In this document: piece after piece, positions 45,031 through 59,945 of the stretch
How positions within the stretch are numbered: position 1 is the first letter of the stretch
How the letters are laid out: each line of letters starts with the position of its first letter
Assembly: GCA_964016885.1 (NCBI GenBank)
Contig: OZ024753.1
Span: 39,184,001-39,248,000, forward strand
Source of the DNA: Eledone cirrhosa
Taxonomy: Eukaryota
Direction: 5' to 3'
Length of the DNA: 64,000 nucleotides
Notes under the pieces: generated by a model
Told to the model about the DNA's origin: nothing
The model's input: the letters and a program-made list of their open reading frames with translations, nothing else
Databases searched by the model: none
Program-made: the position numbers and the translations under genes

Positions 45031-45116
45031 GTTATTGTTATTCCTTGAATCTCAGTCATTGATGTTGGTTAACTGGAAAGTCCGTTGGATTGAATATCAA
45101 GCCACTACCTGCAGCC

Positions 45117-48100
45117 TCAGATATTCAGGACGTATCGGAGGGTTCTTGCCGTTCCAAGCAAGCATGCCTTTTGAAGCGTTCCAAAAAGCGTGAAGGGGCC
45201 GATTTTCTTTAACCATCCCTGGAAACCTTTGGAGATAGTCCCCAGTGCGCCTATGACAATCGGGATCACTTTGACTTCATGGCAGTTCCAAATCCTTTTC
45301 ACCTCCCACTTTAGGTCCTGGTATCGGTTAATTTTCTCCCTCTCCTTCTCTTGCACTCTCGTGTCGAACGGGCAGGCCACATCCACAATCAGGCACGATC
45401 TTTTTTCTTTGTCCACAACCACCAGGTCAGGTCTATTGTGTTCCAGTTTTTTGTCCGTCTGTATCCTAAAATCCCACAGCACCTTCACCTGATTGTTCTC
45501 CATCACCGCCTCTGGCCTATGCTCATACCATTTCTCAGAATGTGGTAGATTGTTTACTTTGCACAGGTGCCAGTGGATCACCCTGCCCATCACATCGTGT
45601 CTCCAGCCCTTATAGTGGGTCTGGGCTAGGTGTTTACACTCGGACACAATGTGAGCCACAGTCTCCTCTCTCTCTCCACAGATCCTGCACAGTGGGCTAG
45701 CCTCCTCCTTGTAGATATGGTGCTTCAACCACTTCGTTTTGAGGGCCTGCTCCTGCGCAGCCATTAGCATTCCTTCTGTAGCCTTTTTGAGGTCTCCTCT
45801 TCTCAACCAGTTCCATGTCTGTGGATCTCTAAATTCAGTTTTCTCAAAGAAGGTACTATGAAGGGATTTTCCCTTAAGGCTGCTCTTCCTCCTTGATGTT
45901 ATTTCCTCCTTGGGTATCCCCTGGCCTACTGTCCCCTCCTTCAGTACAGCTCTGAGCATTGGCTCCTTACTATAGGTCACGTATTTGTATAGGTTGTTTT
46001 TCTCCATCTGAACACAGTCCTCTATGCTGATAAGACCTCTTCCACCCTCAGATCTCCTTAGGTAGAGTCTATCGACATCACTCCTCTTGTGGAACATGTT
46101 GTAGATAGTCAATAGCTTCCTAGTCTTCCTATCCATTTCTTTTTGTTCAGCAACATTCCATCTCAGAATTCCCGCACTGTACCTAATAATAGACACAGCT
46201 CGGGAATTTACTGCGCTTATGGCATTTCTGCTGTTCAGATGTGACTTCAATACGCTCCTTACTCTCCGAATGTATTCAGTTCTTAACAATTCCTTCATTT
46301 TTTTGTTCTTTATGCCATCAGCCTCCAGAACGCCCAAATACTTGTATCCTTCCTCAGAGTCAATTTCCTTTATCATCTCACCTGTTGGTATCTGGATCCC
46401 GTTACTTCTGCTCAACCTACCCCTCCTCATCACAATGACTCCACATTTACCAATACCAAACTGCATACATATATCACTGCTGAAAATACGGACAGTGTCA
46501 ACAAGCACATCCAACTCCTTCTCACTTTTCCCGAAGAGCTTAAGATCGTCCATGAAGAGGAGGTGATTGATGGTAAGCTCTCCCCTTCCCAACTTGTATC
46601 CTGCTCTCACTTTTCGCAGCATAATGGTCAAGGGCATCAGGGCAAGGACAAACAACAGAGGGGACAGGCTATCTCCCTGGAAGATACCTCTCTTGATCTT
46701 CACGCTTCCCAAGGATACTCCAGTTGATGTCAACTCTGTCTCCCAGGACCCCATACTCCTGCCCAGCAACTGTCTGATGTTATCTGCCACCCTGAAGATC
46801 TCCAGGCTTTTGGTGATCCAGGAATGAGGCACCATGTCAAATGCCTTTCTGTAGTCTATCCATCCCATGGCAAGATCAGTGTGTCTCCTCCTGCAATTCC
46901 CCATTACCATCTTATCAATAAGCAACTGGTCCTTTGTACCACGTGACTTCTTTCGGCATCCTTTCTGTTCGTCCGGCAACAAGTTGTTTGTGTGGAGGTG
47001 ATGGTAGATTTCCTCAGACACAATGCTCGTCAACAGTTTCCACATTACGGGCAGACATGTGATAGGTCTATAGTTGGTAACATCATTACCCTTGATTTGG
47101 TCTTTCATTATCAGAACTGTGGTACCTTTTGTCAACCACTCTGGCACCTCACCCGACACCAAGCAGTCATTGAACATGGCCGTCAGCTTCGGGTGGAGGG
47201 TGATGGTAGATTTCCTCAGACACAATGCTCGTCAACAGTTTCCACATTACGGGCAGACATGTGATAGGTCTATAGTTGGTAACATCATTACCCTTGATTT
47301 GGTCTTTCATTATCAGAACTGTGGTACCTTTTGTCAACCACTCTGGCACCTCACCCGACACCAAGCAGTCATTGAACATGGCCGTCAGCTTCGGGTGGAG
47401 GGATGTTAAATGTTTAATCCAATACCCCTGCACACCATCTGGGCCTGGTGATTTCCAGTTGGTTAGTTTTTTGGCTTGCCCCTTAAGAGTTTCAACTGTG
47501 ATACTCAAATCAGTCTGTTGCTGTGCCTGCTCACCGATCTCCCTCTGTACTGTCTCAATCCACCCTGCCTGGGCATTGTGTCTAACATCCTGCTCCCATA
47601 TTCCTCTCCAGAATGTTTTAGCTTGTTCCGCCCCAGGGATCAAGTCGGTGCCTCTTTCTTTCCCCTCAAGCTGTCCAAACAGCATCTTCTGGTTGTTGTC
47701 GAACATGCGGTTCTGTTTATACTGACTGACTCTGTTCTCGTATCGCCTGATTTTGGCACTCTTTGCTACAATGCGTTGCTTCAATTCCTCTATGATAATA
47801 TTTAGCTTTTTACTCCTAGTTTTGTATTTTATTTCCAGTCTATTTTTAGTGCCTATGTTTTTTAGTGTCCCATTCAGTAGTGACTCAAGCTTTCCTATGT
47901 CATTTCTCATTTCCCCGATTTGCCCACTCAGTCGCTTCTTCCACCACGGCTCTGCTCTTTCTTGTCTGTTGTTTCCTCTCGCTTTTATACCAAGTAGTTT
48001 CCTCACCGTATTTGCTGTTGCTTTGAGGATATTGTTGCACTGGTGAAGACTCCTCGCCTCAAGGTATGGGATGACTTTGTTTACCTTAGCTGTTGTTTCT

Positions 48101-48711
48101 TTTAACTTTTTCCTGTCTACAAATCTTAGGTTCATAGGTCTCCCACTATCATTGTTCAACTCATCTACCACTAAATTTAGGATGTCAACCGAATCTTGTC
48201 CTAGCCCGTCAGCATTCATCTCCTCAGTGGCCGTATCTCTGTTCCAGGTATTATTTATCTCAGTATTCAGATCATTGTCTGCTTCGGGTGGTTCCTCCGC
48301 TCTCAGGACCTCCTCACCTTCATTTCCCGCCGGCTCGCTTGTCTGGCATACTGCACCCGCCATCTCCAAGCCATTCTCTCTGCTCAGTTCCTCCAGTTCC
48401 AGCTCGCTTATCCACCCATTAGTTCTTATTACCCGAGCCTGCCCGGCCAATTTTTGTTCATCTAATTTAAATAAACCAATCTCGTTCCAGATGTTATGCA
48501 TCCGTCTCCTGTAGCCCCTCTCCTTGGGGTTACTTTTCAGGTAGCATTGCATAACAGTTCTATTCAATTCTTTCGTCCAGTTGGTTCTGGCCCCTTTCCT
48601 TCTTCTTCTTCCTCCAACATCAGCAGTATTTCGTTGACAGTCAGGTTCCTGCTGCTGAGCCAGGGGGCACCTGTTGGGTGAGAGTCTGTCACATGACGTT
48701 CTAGTCTCCAT
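45117..48711 (-). pseudogene. Retrotransposon ORF (RT, CCHC zinc knuckle, PD-(D/E)xK endonuclease), frameshifted; 1130 aa if the duplication is removed
   Basis: Motifs KSPGPDG, YRPITCLP, WIDYRKAFDMVPH, GIFQGDSLSPLLF, LLFMDDLKLF, YKYLG, CRICGEREETVAHIVSEC, RHD, RPDLVVVD..DVACP..EKINRY. Split into ORFs 47167-48711 and 45117-47225. 3595-202=3393 nt=1131 codons. Confidence 0.92.
46998..47401. repeat. Perfect 202-bp tandem duplication inside the RT ORF
   Basis: 46998-47199 equals 47200-47401; GTGGAGG microhomology at the junctions. Confidence 0.95.
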
Positions 48712-49280
48712 TTCACCGTTATTCGAACTGTTTATGTTCGATATTTAAACACTCTTATCGAGGATTGGCGAATGTATGTTTACATAGCCATCTGTGGATC
48801 CGCCATCCCACTTGGCCCTTGTGTGGCATTATCACCACGCTGTATACGGACACACATAAACAAACAAACACACGGGCAGAAAGGGCCCCAAAAATGAATA
48901 AGCATAAGTTTCATTGTAATGTAGTATTCGAATGTCCGACTTAGTTTTTGTTTTTTAAGTTTTACTTTTCCCCCCCTCTTCTCTGTCCGTCCGCCTGCTT
49001 CTCTCTTCATTCTTATTTTCTTTACGTTTTTGGGGTTTCTTTTTTTGTTTTTGTTTTTCTCTGTTTTTCTCGTTTTTTACTGTTGTTGCTGTGCTGCTTT
49101 TGTTGTTTGTTTTTTCTTTTTTCTTTTGAGTCTATCTATATATTTTGATGCCTTCCTCTTTGTTAGTAGTAGGAATTCTATAATGTGGAAGTGGTAGCCA
49201 GCAGAGACTAGCGGCGTTGGCGATACTGAGACAGTGGTGGCGGTGATGTCGATACCGAGGCAGCGGTGGCGGTGATGCGA

Positions 49281-49941
49281 CCGTATTACTGTAGTGATGG
49301 TGCTGTAGCGGTGGCAGCAGCAGTGAAGGAGTCAGGGGGTGGTGGCGGCGGTGATGGGACAGCGGTGGCAATGATGGCCGTAGTGAGCGGTGGCGGTGAA
49401 GGTGAAAATGCTGTTGTGTTTAGTGTACACAGATGATGGGGTGGGTGGTGTATCTAGTTTCTGGTGTTGGTGAGTTTCGCTGTCCTATATAGTGTAGCCG
49501 GAGGAGAGGAGGGGGGGGGGTTCTTCTTCTTCCATTTATAGCCATTTTATTTTTTTTTTTTTTTTTTTTTTTGGATATACAGTGTACAATACAAAGTTGA
49601 ATATTTGAATATTTGAGCCGTATTACTGTAGTGATGGTGCTGTAGCGGTGGCAGCAGCAGTGAAGGAGTCAGGGGGTGGTGGCGGCGGTGATGGGACAGC
49701 GGTGGCAATGATGGCCGTAGTGAGCGGTGGCGGTGAAGGTGAAAATGCTGTTGTGTTTAGTGTACACAGATGATGGGGTGGGCGGTGTATCTAGTTTCTG
49801 GTGTTGGTGAGTTTAGCTGTCCTATATAGTGTAGCCAGAGGAGAGGAGGGGGGGGGGGGGGTTCTTCTTCTTCCATTTATAGCCATTTTTTTTTGGATAT
49901 ACAGTGTACAATACAAAGTTGAACATTTGAATATTTGAGCC
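49281..49941. repeat. Tandem duplication, ~337/324 bp
   Basis: CCGTATTACTGTAGTG...ATTTGAGCC at 49281-49619 and 49618-49941; copies differ mainly in poly-T and poly-G length. Confidence 0.93.
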
Positions 49942-50118
49942 TTATAACAATATATTTTGGGTCCGAATTTTTTGGGGCTCAAGCCGGGTGCTTTACGTAG
50001 CATTTGTACTAAGAGTTGTTATTTCACAAATGATTTAAATATGTTAAAAATTCAAAACTTACGGGAGCGATTTCATGACCTCCGTCACCTCGTGCGTCTT
50101 CTTCCCCTATTCTTCCCC

Positions 50119-50253
<135 letters not shown>

Positions 50254-50364
50254 CTACTTAATGTCTACTTTATGTAAACCCTTGTGGTTAATAAAGAAAG
50301 CATTATTATTATTATTATTATTTAAATAAAGAAATCATTATTATTATTATCATCATCATCATCA

Positions 50365-50401
<37 letters not shown>

Positions 50402-51957
50402 TCTAGCCAGTTGGGAAACATGAAGCTCGGTGTAAAAGTTATCTCCTGGGCATCCAAAATGGCATGACGTGGTAAACACCATGTCATAAAACAGTGTCAA
50501 TGGAATAGTTTGTTTGTCCGAAGACATTCTATATTCCAAAGTACCAAAGACAAAACAATTCTTCACAAAGTTTCTTTTAAGACGGGCAACAGTCATAGTT
50601 CATCTCAGTTTATTATTGTCTCTCCCTGGTTTTAAATTCATTTTTCATTTCCTTTTCGCTTTTGTATTATTCATGTCGACGAAAGTCCTGTATGTAGTGT
50701 GTATTAGTGTATAGTAGTGTGTATTAGTCTGTAGTACTGTGTAGTAGTGTGTAGTGTTAGATGCGCGACGTGTTCTCAGGAGGCTTGTTACAACACGCAC
50801 CCTAATGTTTTACTCACAGAGAAATGGTTAATGGAACGGATACTCAGTTCAAAATTTTCATCCTCATGGGAAATTAAAGCTTCCTTGTAGAGAATAGAAC
50901 GAAACTGTAGTCGGAATAAAGAAATGGCAACAGAATAAAAAAAAAGATGGAAGAATTGGTCGTAAAGAACGAAAATGAAAATATAAACGAAGACCATAAC
51001 GCAAAGAAATAAATAAAAACAAAAACAAAAAGAAGAAAGGCAAGAAAAAAAATAAAGGAAAAAAACAAGAAAATAGTTTAAGAAACTGGCTAGTAAATAA
51101 AAAAGAAGGAAATAAATAAAAGGAAGAGATGAAAAATATATATGAAAAAATATTCGACATTGTCGTTGAGAAAAGAGGATGGTATGTGTCTTGGGAATAA
51201 TTTGGAGAGGATAGTGAAAAGAAAGCAATAGACACATCAAACACGGGATGCTTAGAGTCTGTCAGTATGGATCACGACACTACGTCACTGATCACCAGTT
51301 TTATGCAAAAATGGCAGCCAGATGAAAAGCATGGAACAAAAGGAAATTTAAACAAATACATATATATATATGTGTGTGTGTATATACATCTTTGTATATA
51401 TATATATATATATATATTCATATGCAGACACACGTACGCATACCCAGATACACAGACACATGCATTCATCAATACATATATATATATTCATATATACACA
51501 CACATTCATACCACAGAAACACACACACACACACATATATATATACATATATATGTCTACATATATATATGTGTGTGTGTGTGTATGCTTGTATATGTAT
51601 TTATGTATGTATATATATATATATATTATATATATAAAGATATTCCAATTGGCGAGGAAAGTTTTTTTGTTTCTCGTTGTTGTGGTTATTATTATTATTA
51701 TTATTTTTATTATTATTATCATTATTATTATTATTATTATCATTATTATTATTATTTTGTTTTTGTTAAATATTCTTCTATGTTGTTTGTATTCATTGCT
51801 TACAGTAACAAATAACGAATGTCTTTAAAAAAAGCGAAAAAAATGAAGGAAATTATGATCTCAACGGAACGAAACTTACCCAAACAACAATAACAACCAC
51901 CACAGAAACCCAAATAACAAAAAAGACAACAGCAACAGCAACAACAAAGACACTAAT

Positions 51958-52037
<80 letters not shown>

Positions 52038-52432
52038 CAACAGCAAATTAAAGCATGGGCTTCAAACCCCCGATATGTTAATTGATGTCAATATTGCCGA
52101 CTTGATTTCTGTTGAAGACGCATGGTAAAACATTTCTTAACGTATAAGCGACTGTCGTCTGTGAAAAGAAAGAATGTTTAGCTGAAATTAACCTTTGACA
52201 ATCTCTTTTATTATTTTATTTTATTACATTATATTATATCAGGTTGTGGCTTGGCAGAGCCGTTATAATGCTTTGGGGCATTCGTTCCGGCTCTATACTA
52301 TGCGCCCTGAGTTCAACTCGTGTCGAGGCTAACTTTAGCTTTCATCCTTTCAATGTCGATAAATAAAGTGCCAGTCCATTATCGAAGTTGATCGTTCCTC
52401 TATCGATCTTCATCAATTTCTCACCCACTCTC

Positions 52433-52525
<93 letters not shown>

Positions 52526-55201
52526 TCCTTTCTCCCTCAAAGGACGAAACGGTCGGTGTTCAGACGACACGAAGATGAAAGGGCTCCGTTGTTTCTTAAC
52601 TGACCAAGACACGTCTTGTGTTATGACGGCGTCCATACGACCCCCAACAGGCGACTTTAAGTGCCCATGGCGTTTTATATATTTATATTTCTGTTCTCAT
52701 ATACTTGTTTGTTATATTCTAACAATACAAGTCTATTAATAAAAGAGCGTGGATTATTTTTCCCTACTTACTTAACTGTCTTTCTTTCTATCTTTTAAAT
52801 GTGGTCCTTGATGCTATACCGGATACTTGCTATACAGTCATTGGATAGAGACACATACTCATATATGTCTTCCAACAAAAAGTTAGTTTTCTTTTAATTT
52901 TGTTTATCATTTTGTCATAGATTTGGTCGGGTGAAATGAGCTGTTTGGCTAGGACCTTCACCGGTGACATCGGCGTTAGATTTTCTGTTGCGAAAAATAC
53001 ATATTCAAGGATGGAATCTAATCTTGCATAAGATGAAATAACATCAAAATCACGATAAAACAGCTGGAACCCTGTTGTTAAAACACACGAAAAATCCCCC
53101 AATGAGAGGCAATCTCGTAGCAGGTCAACAACATATGCATATGTCTGAGCTGCAATAACACCAACATGTTAGGACAAGGCCCCTTATAATTAAACCACCA
53201 AAGCAACCTCCTATGATATTAAACCACCAAAGCAACCTCCTATGATATGCAACCTCATTGTAGGCCAGCTAAACTTGCATAAGTGTCAGCTGTAAATATC
53301 ATTTTATTATTGCAAAGAGTTTTATCACAGACTCAAAACACTGGAATTGTTGGCTGAGCATTCCACATACACGTGTACACTTATCGTATTTCTCAAGGAT
53401 ATTCAGTATAATTTAGTGTGTAACCAAGTTGGCCAATTGAACTATTAGCAGAACTTATTTCCCTGCAGCTGAACTGAAGCAACATAGAATAAAGTGTTTT
53501 GATCAAGGACACAACTTGCCACCGAAATCGAAATTTTGACCGTATGATCGTAAAACAGACACCCAAACCACTACGCCACTCGCCTTCACAAGTCTCTACA
53601 TAAAGATATAGGAGTTTAAAATTATATTCTTCAATATTACATTCCTCGCGAAATAATTCTCCAAAAACAAATAAATATATTTCGCAGAAAATCTGTTAAT
53701 TAGCCTCATAAATAATGTACGTTTTTACCGTCGATAATTTAACACAGGAAATGAAATATTGGAAAAAAATAAGTTTTTAAAAAATATGATTGATCTTTCT
53801 ATGCTTAATTTTCTGTTGTTAATATATTTGTACATAATTACTGAACAAACTCATAACTAAAACATAAATACTATCATGGAATTGAAAGAAAAGCATGTCT
53901 GCAATATGCCAGAGCTTAAACTTGCCTTCATATATTGAATGTTCTTTACTTAATATAATTAAAGTCTCTCTTCGGTAATGGCTGGCACTGGGTTTTCATC
54001 TAGTAAGTCCTCTGATGCACAAGCCTGGAAAGGGGTTTTGTGGGGAAAAACTAGCAACCGCCCAGGCATACATATCTCTCCTCTTTACTATATAGTTTTC
54101 ATTATGTAAAATCTTCCCATTTTGCCTCATTTTTCCCCGTTTTGGGGCACTTCGTTTCATGGTACTCCTTGTTTGGGTTTTTAGAGGTCGGTAGGTCTGA
54201 TATTGTTGTCCTTCTATCTCTCTCTTTTCGAGGACCCAAGAATAGTTAATAGCCCAGCTATGGCTCAGCCCTAACCCAGTCAAGCCCAGCATAGTACAAC
54301 CCAGATTAGCTTAGCTCAGTTCAGATCAACCCAGCATACTTGAATTAACTACGGAACGAAAAAAGTAAAAAACAAACTTTTAAAGTTAAGAAAAACCTAA
54401 GATTTTCCATCGTTAATGAATTAACTGTGATTACAATGTCCGGCCAATTTTCTCTCTGTCTCTCTCACCCACTCTTTCTCTCCCTCTCCCTCGCTCTACC
54501 TCACTCTCTGTCCCACATCACTTGCTGGTTGATTATTCGCCAATATACAACAATGTAGGAAATGTGATTAAACGACTTGCCAGCAGGCCGAACTGATTAA
54601 ATAGTCCTCCCCAGCTGGAGATAAATTAAATTCAATTTCTCTTTCTGTGTTTGCTTATATATTTCTTCAAAATTTTCAGCTCATTTAGAATTTTACAACC
54701 TCCAGCTAAACACAGATTTAAACAAACTACAACAAAACGTTCTATTTGAATCTATGCGAAATGAAATAATTTTTTTAGTAGATTCACTTTCGTGTGTGTT
54801 TTTTCATCATGTCATTTATATATTCTTATAATTTTTTACCTTTACATTCGCTTTTATTGTTTGTTTGGTTGCTGTTTTTGTTCTGTTTCATTTCGTTTCG
54901 TTTATTTTGTTATTTTATTTTATTAACACCATTCTTTGCGAAACTTCAATTTGCCCCCCCCCCCCCTCACCCCCACTACCGTAAGTCGACTGACTGAAAT
55001 TACTTTGTAAAGAACTGTTTTAAAAGGAAGACGATAGAAAATCAAAGTGCTAAAACTTTACAACAATAACAACAACGACTAAAACACCAACAGTAACAGA
55101 GGCAATAATAACGACGTCTTCACCAACAGTAAATTACCTATGCATATATATATACATACATATATATATATATACATACATACATGCACACACATACAGA
55201 G

Positions 55202-55275
<74 letters not shown>

Positions 55276-55376
55276 TAATATAGATAGATAGATAGATAGA
55301 TAGATAGATTGATAGATAGATACGTATATATATATAAATATATAGGTCTCTGTATCTGTATGTATGTATGTAGGTA

Positions 55377-55445
<69 letters not shown>

Positions 55446-55449
55446 GGTA

Positions 55450-55554
<105 letters not shown>

Positions 55555-56400
55555 ATATATATAAGATATATATGATATAATATAAATATATATATATGTA
55601 CATATACACCTATATGCATACACACACACATACACACATGCACATACACATAATAAACATACAAAAAAAACAACAACGCAAAATGTTGTTTTGACGTTTA
55701 TTAATCATTTACTATTTATTTATTCCTCGTGTACTCCAAACCAAAACTCCAACAAACCAGCTAGACCGCCCTACACTCCGTCCCTACATCACGACACTAC
55801 GCCATTTCTACATCTTTTCTCACTTCCCTCACACTTTCTCTCACATTTCACCATCTTTAAAACGTCAATCTTTCTCTCGCTCTCTTTTGTTAACAAAAAT
55901 ACAACAAAAATCTAAAATGAAATATAAAGATATAAATAAACAAATCCTAGATAGATGAGCAACAATAGTTTCGTATTTCGTCGTTTAAGTGCCAGCGGCA
56001 ATTTTTGCCGCGTTCAAATATTCGACCATAGCATACATTTAATTTTTCCTTGTGCCAGAATTTTTCCAAGTTTGCTTTCATTAATTTTCTCCTTCTTTTC
56101 ACACAAATTCATAATAAAGAAAATTAAAAATAATAAAAATAATACTAAAAATTAAATTAAAAACAACACGAAACGAAACGAAACGAAACGAAACGCACAA
56201 ACAACAATTTTTTTTCCTTCAATTTGTTCATCAATTTTTTTCATTTTTTACACCCAAACACATTGGCGTACACACTCATGAGTTTGTTCCAACATACACT
56301 CATATATATATATACATACATACACACACACTCACACACACACATATATATATATATACATATACATATATATATACATATATATATGTATATAAGTATA

Positions 56401-56457
<57 letters not shown>

Positions 56458-56491
56458 ATATATATATATATATATATACATATATATATTA

Positions 56492-56581
<90 letters not shown>

Positions 56582-56749
56582 GTATATATGTATATATATG
56601 TATATATATATTAATATATATATATATGTATAGATATATATAGATATATATTCGTGTGCGTGTATGTATAAGCTTATATATGAGAAAGAACCTGAAAAAG
56701 ACGTATAACATAACTTTTTCTTCAACTCGTCCAGCGTTTTTCATTTTTA

Positions 56750-57050
56750 CGCATACACATCATATACATACACATACACATCATATACATACACATACAC
56801 ATCATATACATACGCATACACATCATATACATACGCATACTCATCATATACATACGCATACACATATTATACATACGCATACACATCATATACATACGAT
56901 TACACATCATCTACATACGCATACTACATCATATACATACGCATACTCATCATATAGATACGCTTACACATCATCTACATACGCATACTACATCATATAC
57001 ATACGCATACTACATCATATACATACGCCTACACATCATATACATACGTA
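56750..57050. repeat. 21-bp minisatellite CATACGCATACACATCATATA
   Basis: About 14 tandem units with variants. Confidence 0.9.
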
Positions 57051-57149
57051 TACCCATAAGCACACATATGTTAGTTTCTGCATACACATATATAATTGTA
57101 CGCAGAAACACATAAAAACCTACATACACGCAAGCACGGTCACACACAC

Positions 57150-57181
<32 letters not shown>

Positions 57182-57300
57182 TAACAAACATCTGTATAAT
57201 TTATGCAATTATAAATACAAGTAGATGTAACTTCAATTTTATTCCTCCCCTCTTTCTCTCTATCAATCTGACTATCTGTGCCAATGCCCCTCCCTCCCCC

Positions 57301-57346
<46 letters not shown>

Positions 57347-57561
57347 ATTCTCTCTGTTTCTCTCTCATTCACCCACCATCTTCATAATCCCCCACATTTA
57401 ATAAATACTAAATACATATGCTATCGCACTAGTACATCTATTCATACATACGTACACACACACACAAGCGCATATACAGAGTAATTTATATACATATGTA
57501 TATATACATATACATACACACACATGCACTCGCAAATATATATATATATATACATATAAGC

Positions 57562-57607
<46 letters not shown>

Positions 57608-58369
57608 GCATATAAGATTTATATATATACGTATACACACACACGCACACACACATATATAAATTCATACATATATATATACACACATACATATGAAATT
57701 TAAATACAAAAATACAAAAAATATCATCTACCTCTACAAACACATATAAACACACATACAAACACACACACTGATATACACACACACAGATATACACACA
57801 CATATACACACACACACACATATAGATCCAGACAGCCACATTCAAAGATACACACAGATATATCCACACACTTACAGATAAAGGCACCCACATTCACACA
57901 CACATATATATATATATACACACACACTCACTCACAGAAAAAACACCCACACTCACAGATTAACTAACACACGCGCACTCACATACACACACACGCGCAC
58001 TCACAGATTAACACACACACACGCTGTCACAGATTAACGCACACACACATACACACCCTCACAGATTAACACACACACACATACACACATACATACAAAT
58101 TTACACATACGACTACTTAACCTTATTTACTATGCAGTTGTTTTGTTTTGTTTGTTTTAGTTAATTTTTTCATATTTTTGGTGAAAAAAAATCTTTTTTT
58201 TTATACTTTCGATTTTCTAACTAAGAGCAGCTAAATTGAAAGAATTACAAGAAACAACATTTTAAAACTTTACAGACATCAATTATGCATTCTGTAATAC
58301 AAAGAAATGAATTAAAGTAAATCAAAATAAAACAAAATCAAAATATCTAAATATTAAATATAAAAAAAT

Positions 58370-58424
58370 AAATATAAAATAAGTATAATTATACAAATAA
58401 TATATATATAAATACATAAATATA

Positions 58425-58500
<76 letters not shown>

Positions 58501-58554
58501 TAAAAATTGGACATAAAATAAGTATAATTATACAAATAGTATATATATAAATAC

Positions 58555-58631
<77 letters not shown>

Positions 58632-58693
58632 GAAAAATTGAACAGGGACAGAACAGAGAGGCAGTACGATAAATGTTTATTAAATTCACGCTC

Positions 58694-58729
<36 letters not shown>

Positions 58730-58813
58730 AAATAAAAATTGGACATAAAATAAGTATAATTATACAAATAATATATAAATACATAAATATATCTATATAT
58801 AAATATATCTATA

Positions 58814-58868
<55 letters not shown>

Positions 58869-58935
58869 TAAAATAAAAATTGGACATAAAATAAGTATAA
58901 TTATACAAATATATATAAATATATATTAAAATAAA
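58370..58935. repeat. AT-rich tandem repeat with embedded (TA)n
   Basis: AAATAAAAATTGGACATAAAATAAGTATAATTATACAAATA recurs at ~58498, ~58730 and ~58871, with a partial copy at ~58375. Confidence 0.85.
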
Positions 58936-59208
58936 ATATGAACAGAAAATTCATGAAAAATGAAAATTTACCGCAAATACGTTTTTTACGAAGCAAATCA
59001 ATGAATGAATGGAGAAATTTATATTTGTTTTTAACCAGGCCCATACACCTCTCATAATAAAGATAATAAAGGAAAATTGAAAAATTGTTGCAAACTGATT
59101 TTTACGGTATCTATCTAGCATTGAAAGACATTTGCATAGACGCATTGACCCTCCGTCAAATTCGGCGATGATTGTTCCAGTTTTTCGATTACGCAACATG
59201 CCAGCGCA

Positions 59209-59455
59209 TTTGGCAGTATCGGTAGAGGGTTGGACGCCATGCTTTCTAGCATAGTTACGTCCCTTTACGGTTTGAGTTCAAATCCCGCTGAGGTTAACTT
59301 TGCCTTTCATCCTTACGGGGTCGATAAAATAAAGTACCAGTAATGTACTGGGTAATTGCTGGCCTTGTGCCTAAAGTAGAAACAATTATTTAGCAGTATT
59401 GGTAGAGGGTTAGACGCCATGCTTTGCAGCATAGAGTTATGTCCCTTTACGGTCT
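59209..59455 (+). mobile_element. Main-family SINE followed by a partial second head
   Basis: Near-full copy 59209-59388; second head 59391-59455. Confidence 0.9.
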
Positions 59456-59755
59456 GTAGCTCTATGCTGCGGAGCAGGGTCTCCGACACTCTACCCATTC
59501 TGTAATTCCACTGACCTAGTGACGTCTGCAATAATTAAAAAAGCATGAACACGAACAACAACAACATCAGCTACAACAACGACACCAGCATACAACATCA
59601 GTAAGAACATCAACAGCAATAACAACAATCACCACCACAACAATAACATAACGCGGTTCGATTCCCAGACCGGATGGGGTGGCGCATTGTGTTTGGGGAA
59701 AAATACTTTATTTTACATGGCTTCTTCATCGTGAGTGTTTATTTGTTATATAGTG

Positions 59756-59945
59756 AGGTGGGTTGGCAGTATCGGTAGAGGGTCGGACGCCATGCTTTGC
59801 ATCAATAAGGATTTTGACCCTTTACGGTCTGAGTTCAAATCCTGCCAAGGTTAACTTTGCCTTTCATCCTTACAGGGTCGATAAGATAAAGTACCAGTAA
59901 TGCACTGAGATACTTGCTGGCCTTGTGTCAAAAGTAAAAATAATT
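59756..59945 (+). mobile_element. tRNA-derived SINE (main family)
   Basis: TTGGCAGTATCGGTAGAGGG...GAGTTCAAATCC...GGCCTTGTGTCAAAAGTA. Confidence 0.9.

Larger units (their letters stand above)
45030..48830 (-). mobile_element. R4/Dong-clade non-LTR retrotransposon (RLE type), near full length
   Basis: One long ORF with RT followed by C-terminal CCHC and RLE; ~75-nt 3' UTR running into (TAA)n, the known Dong target type; GC content well above the flanks. The 5' boundary is uncertain. Confidence 0.88.

Noticed and set aside
53996-54292. 98-aa minus-strand ORF
   Set aside because: Starts in a degenerate CCCAG pentamer repeat and has no recognisable motif.
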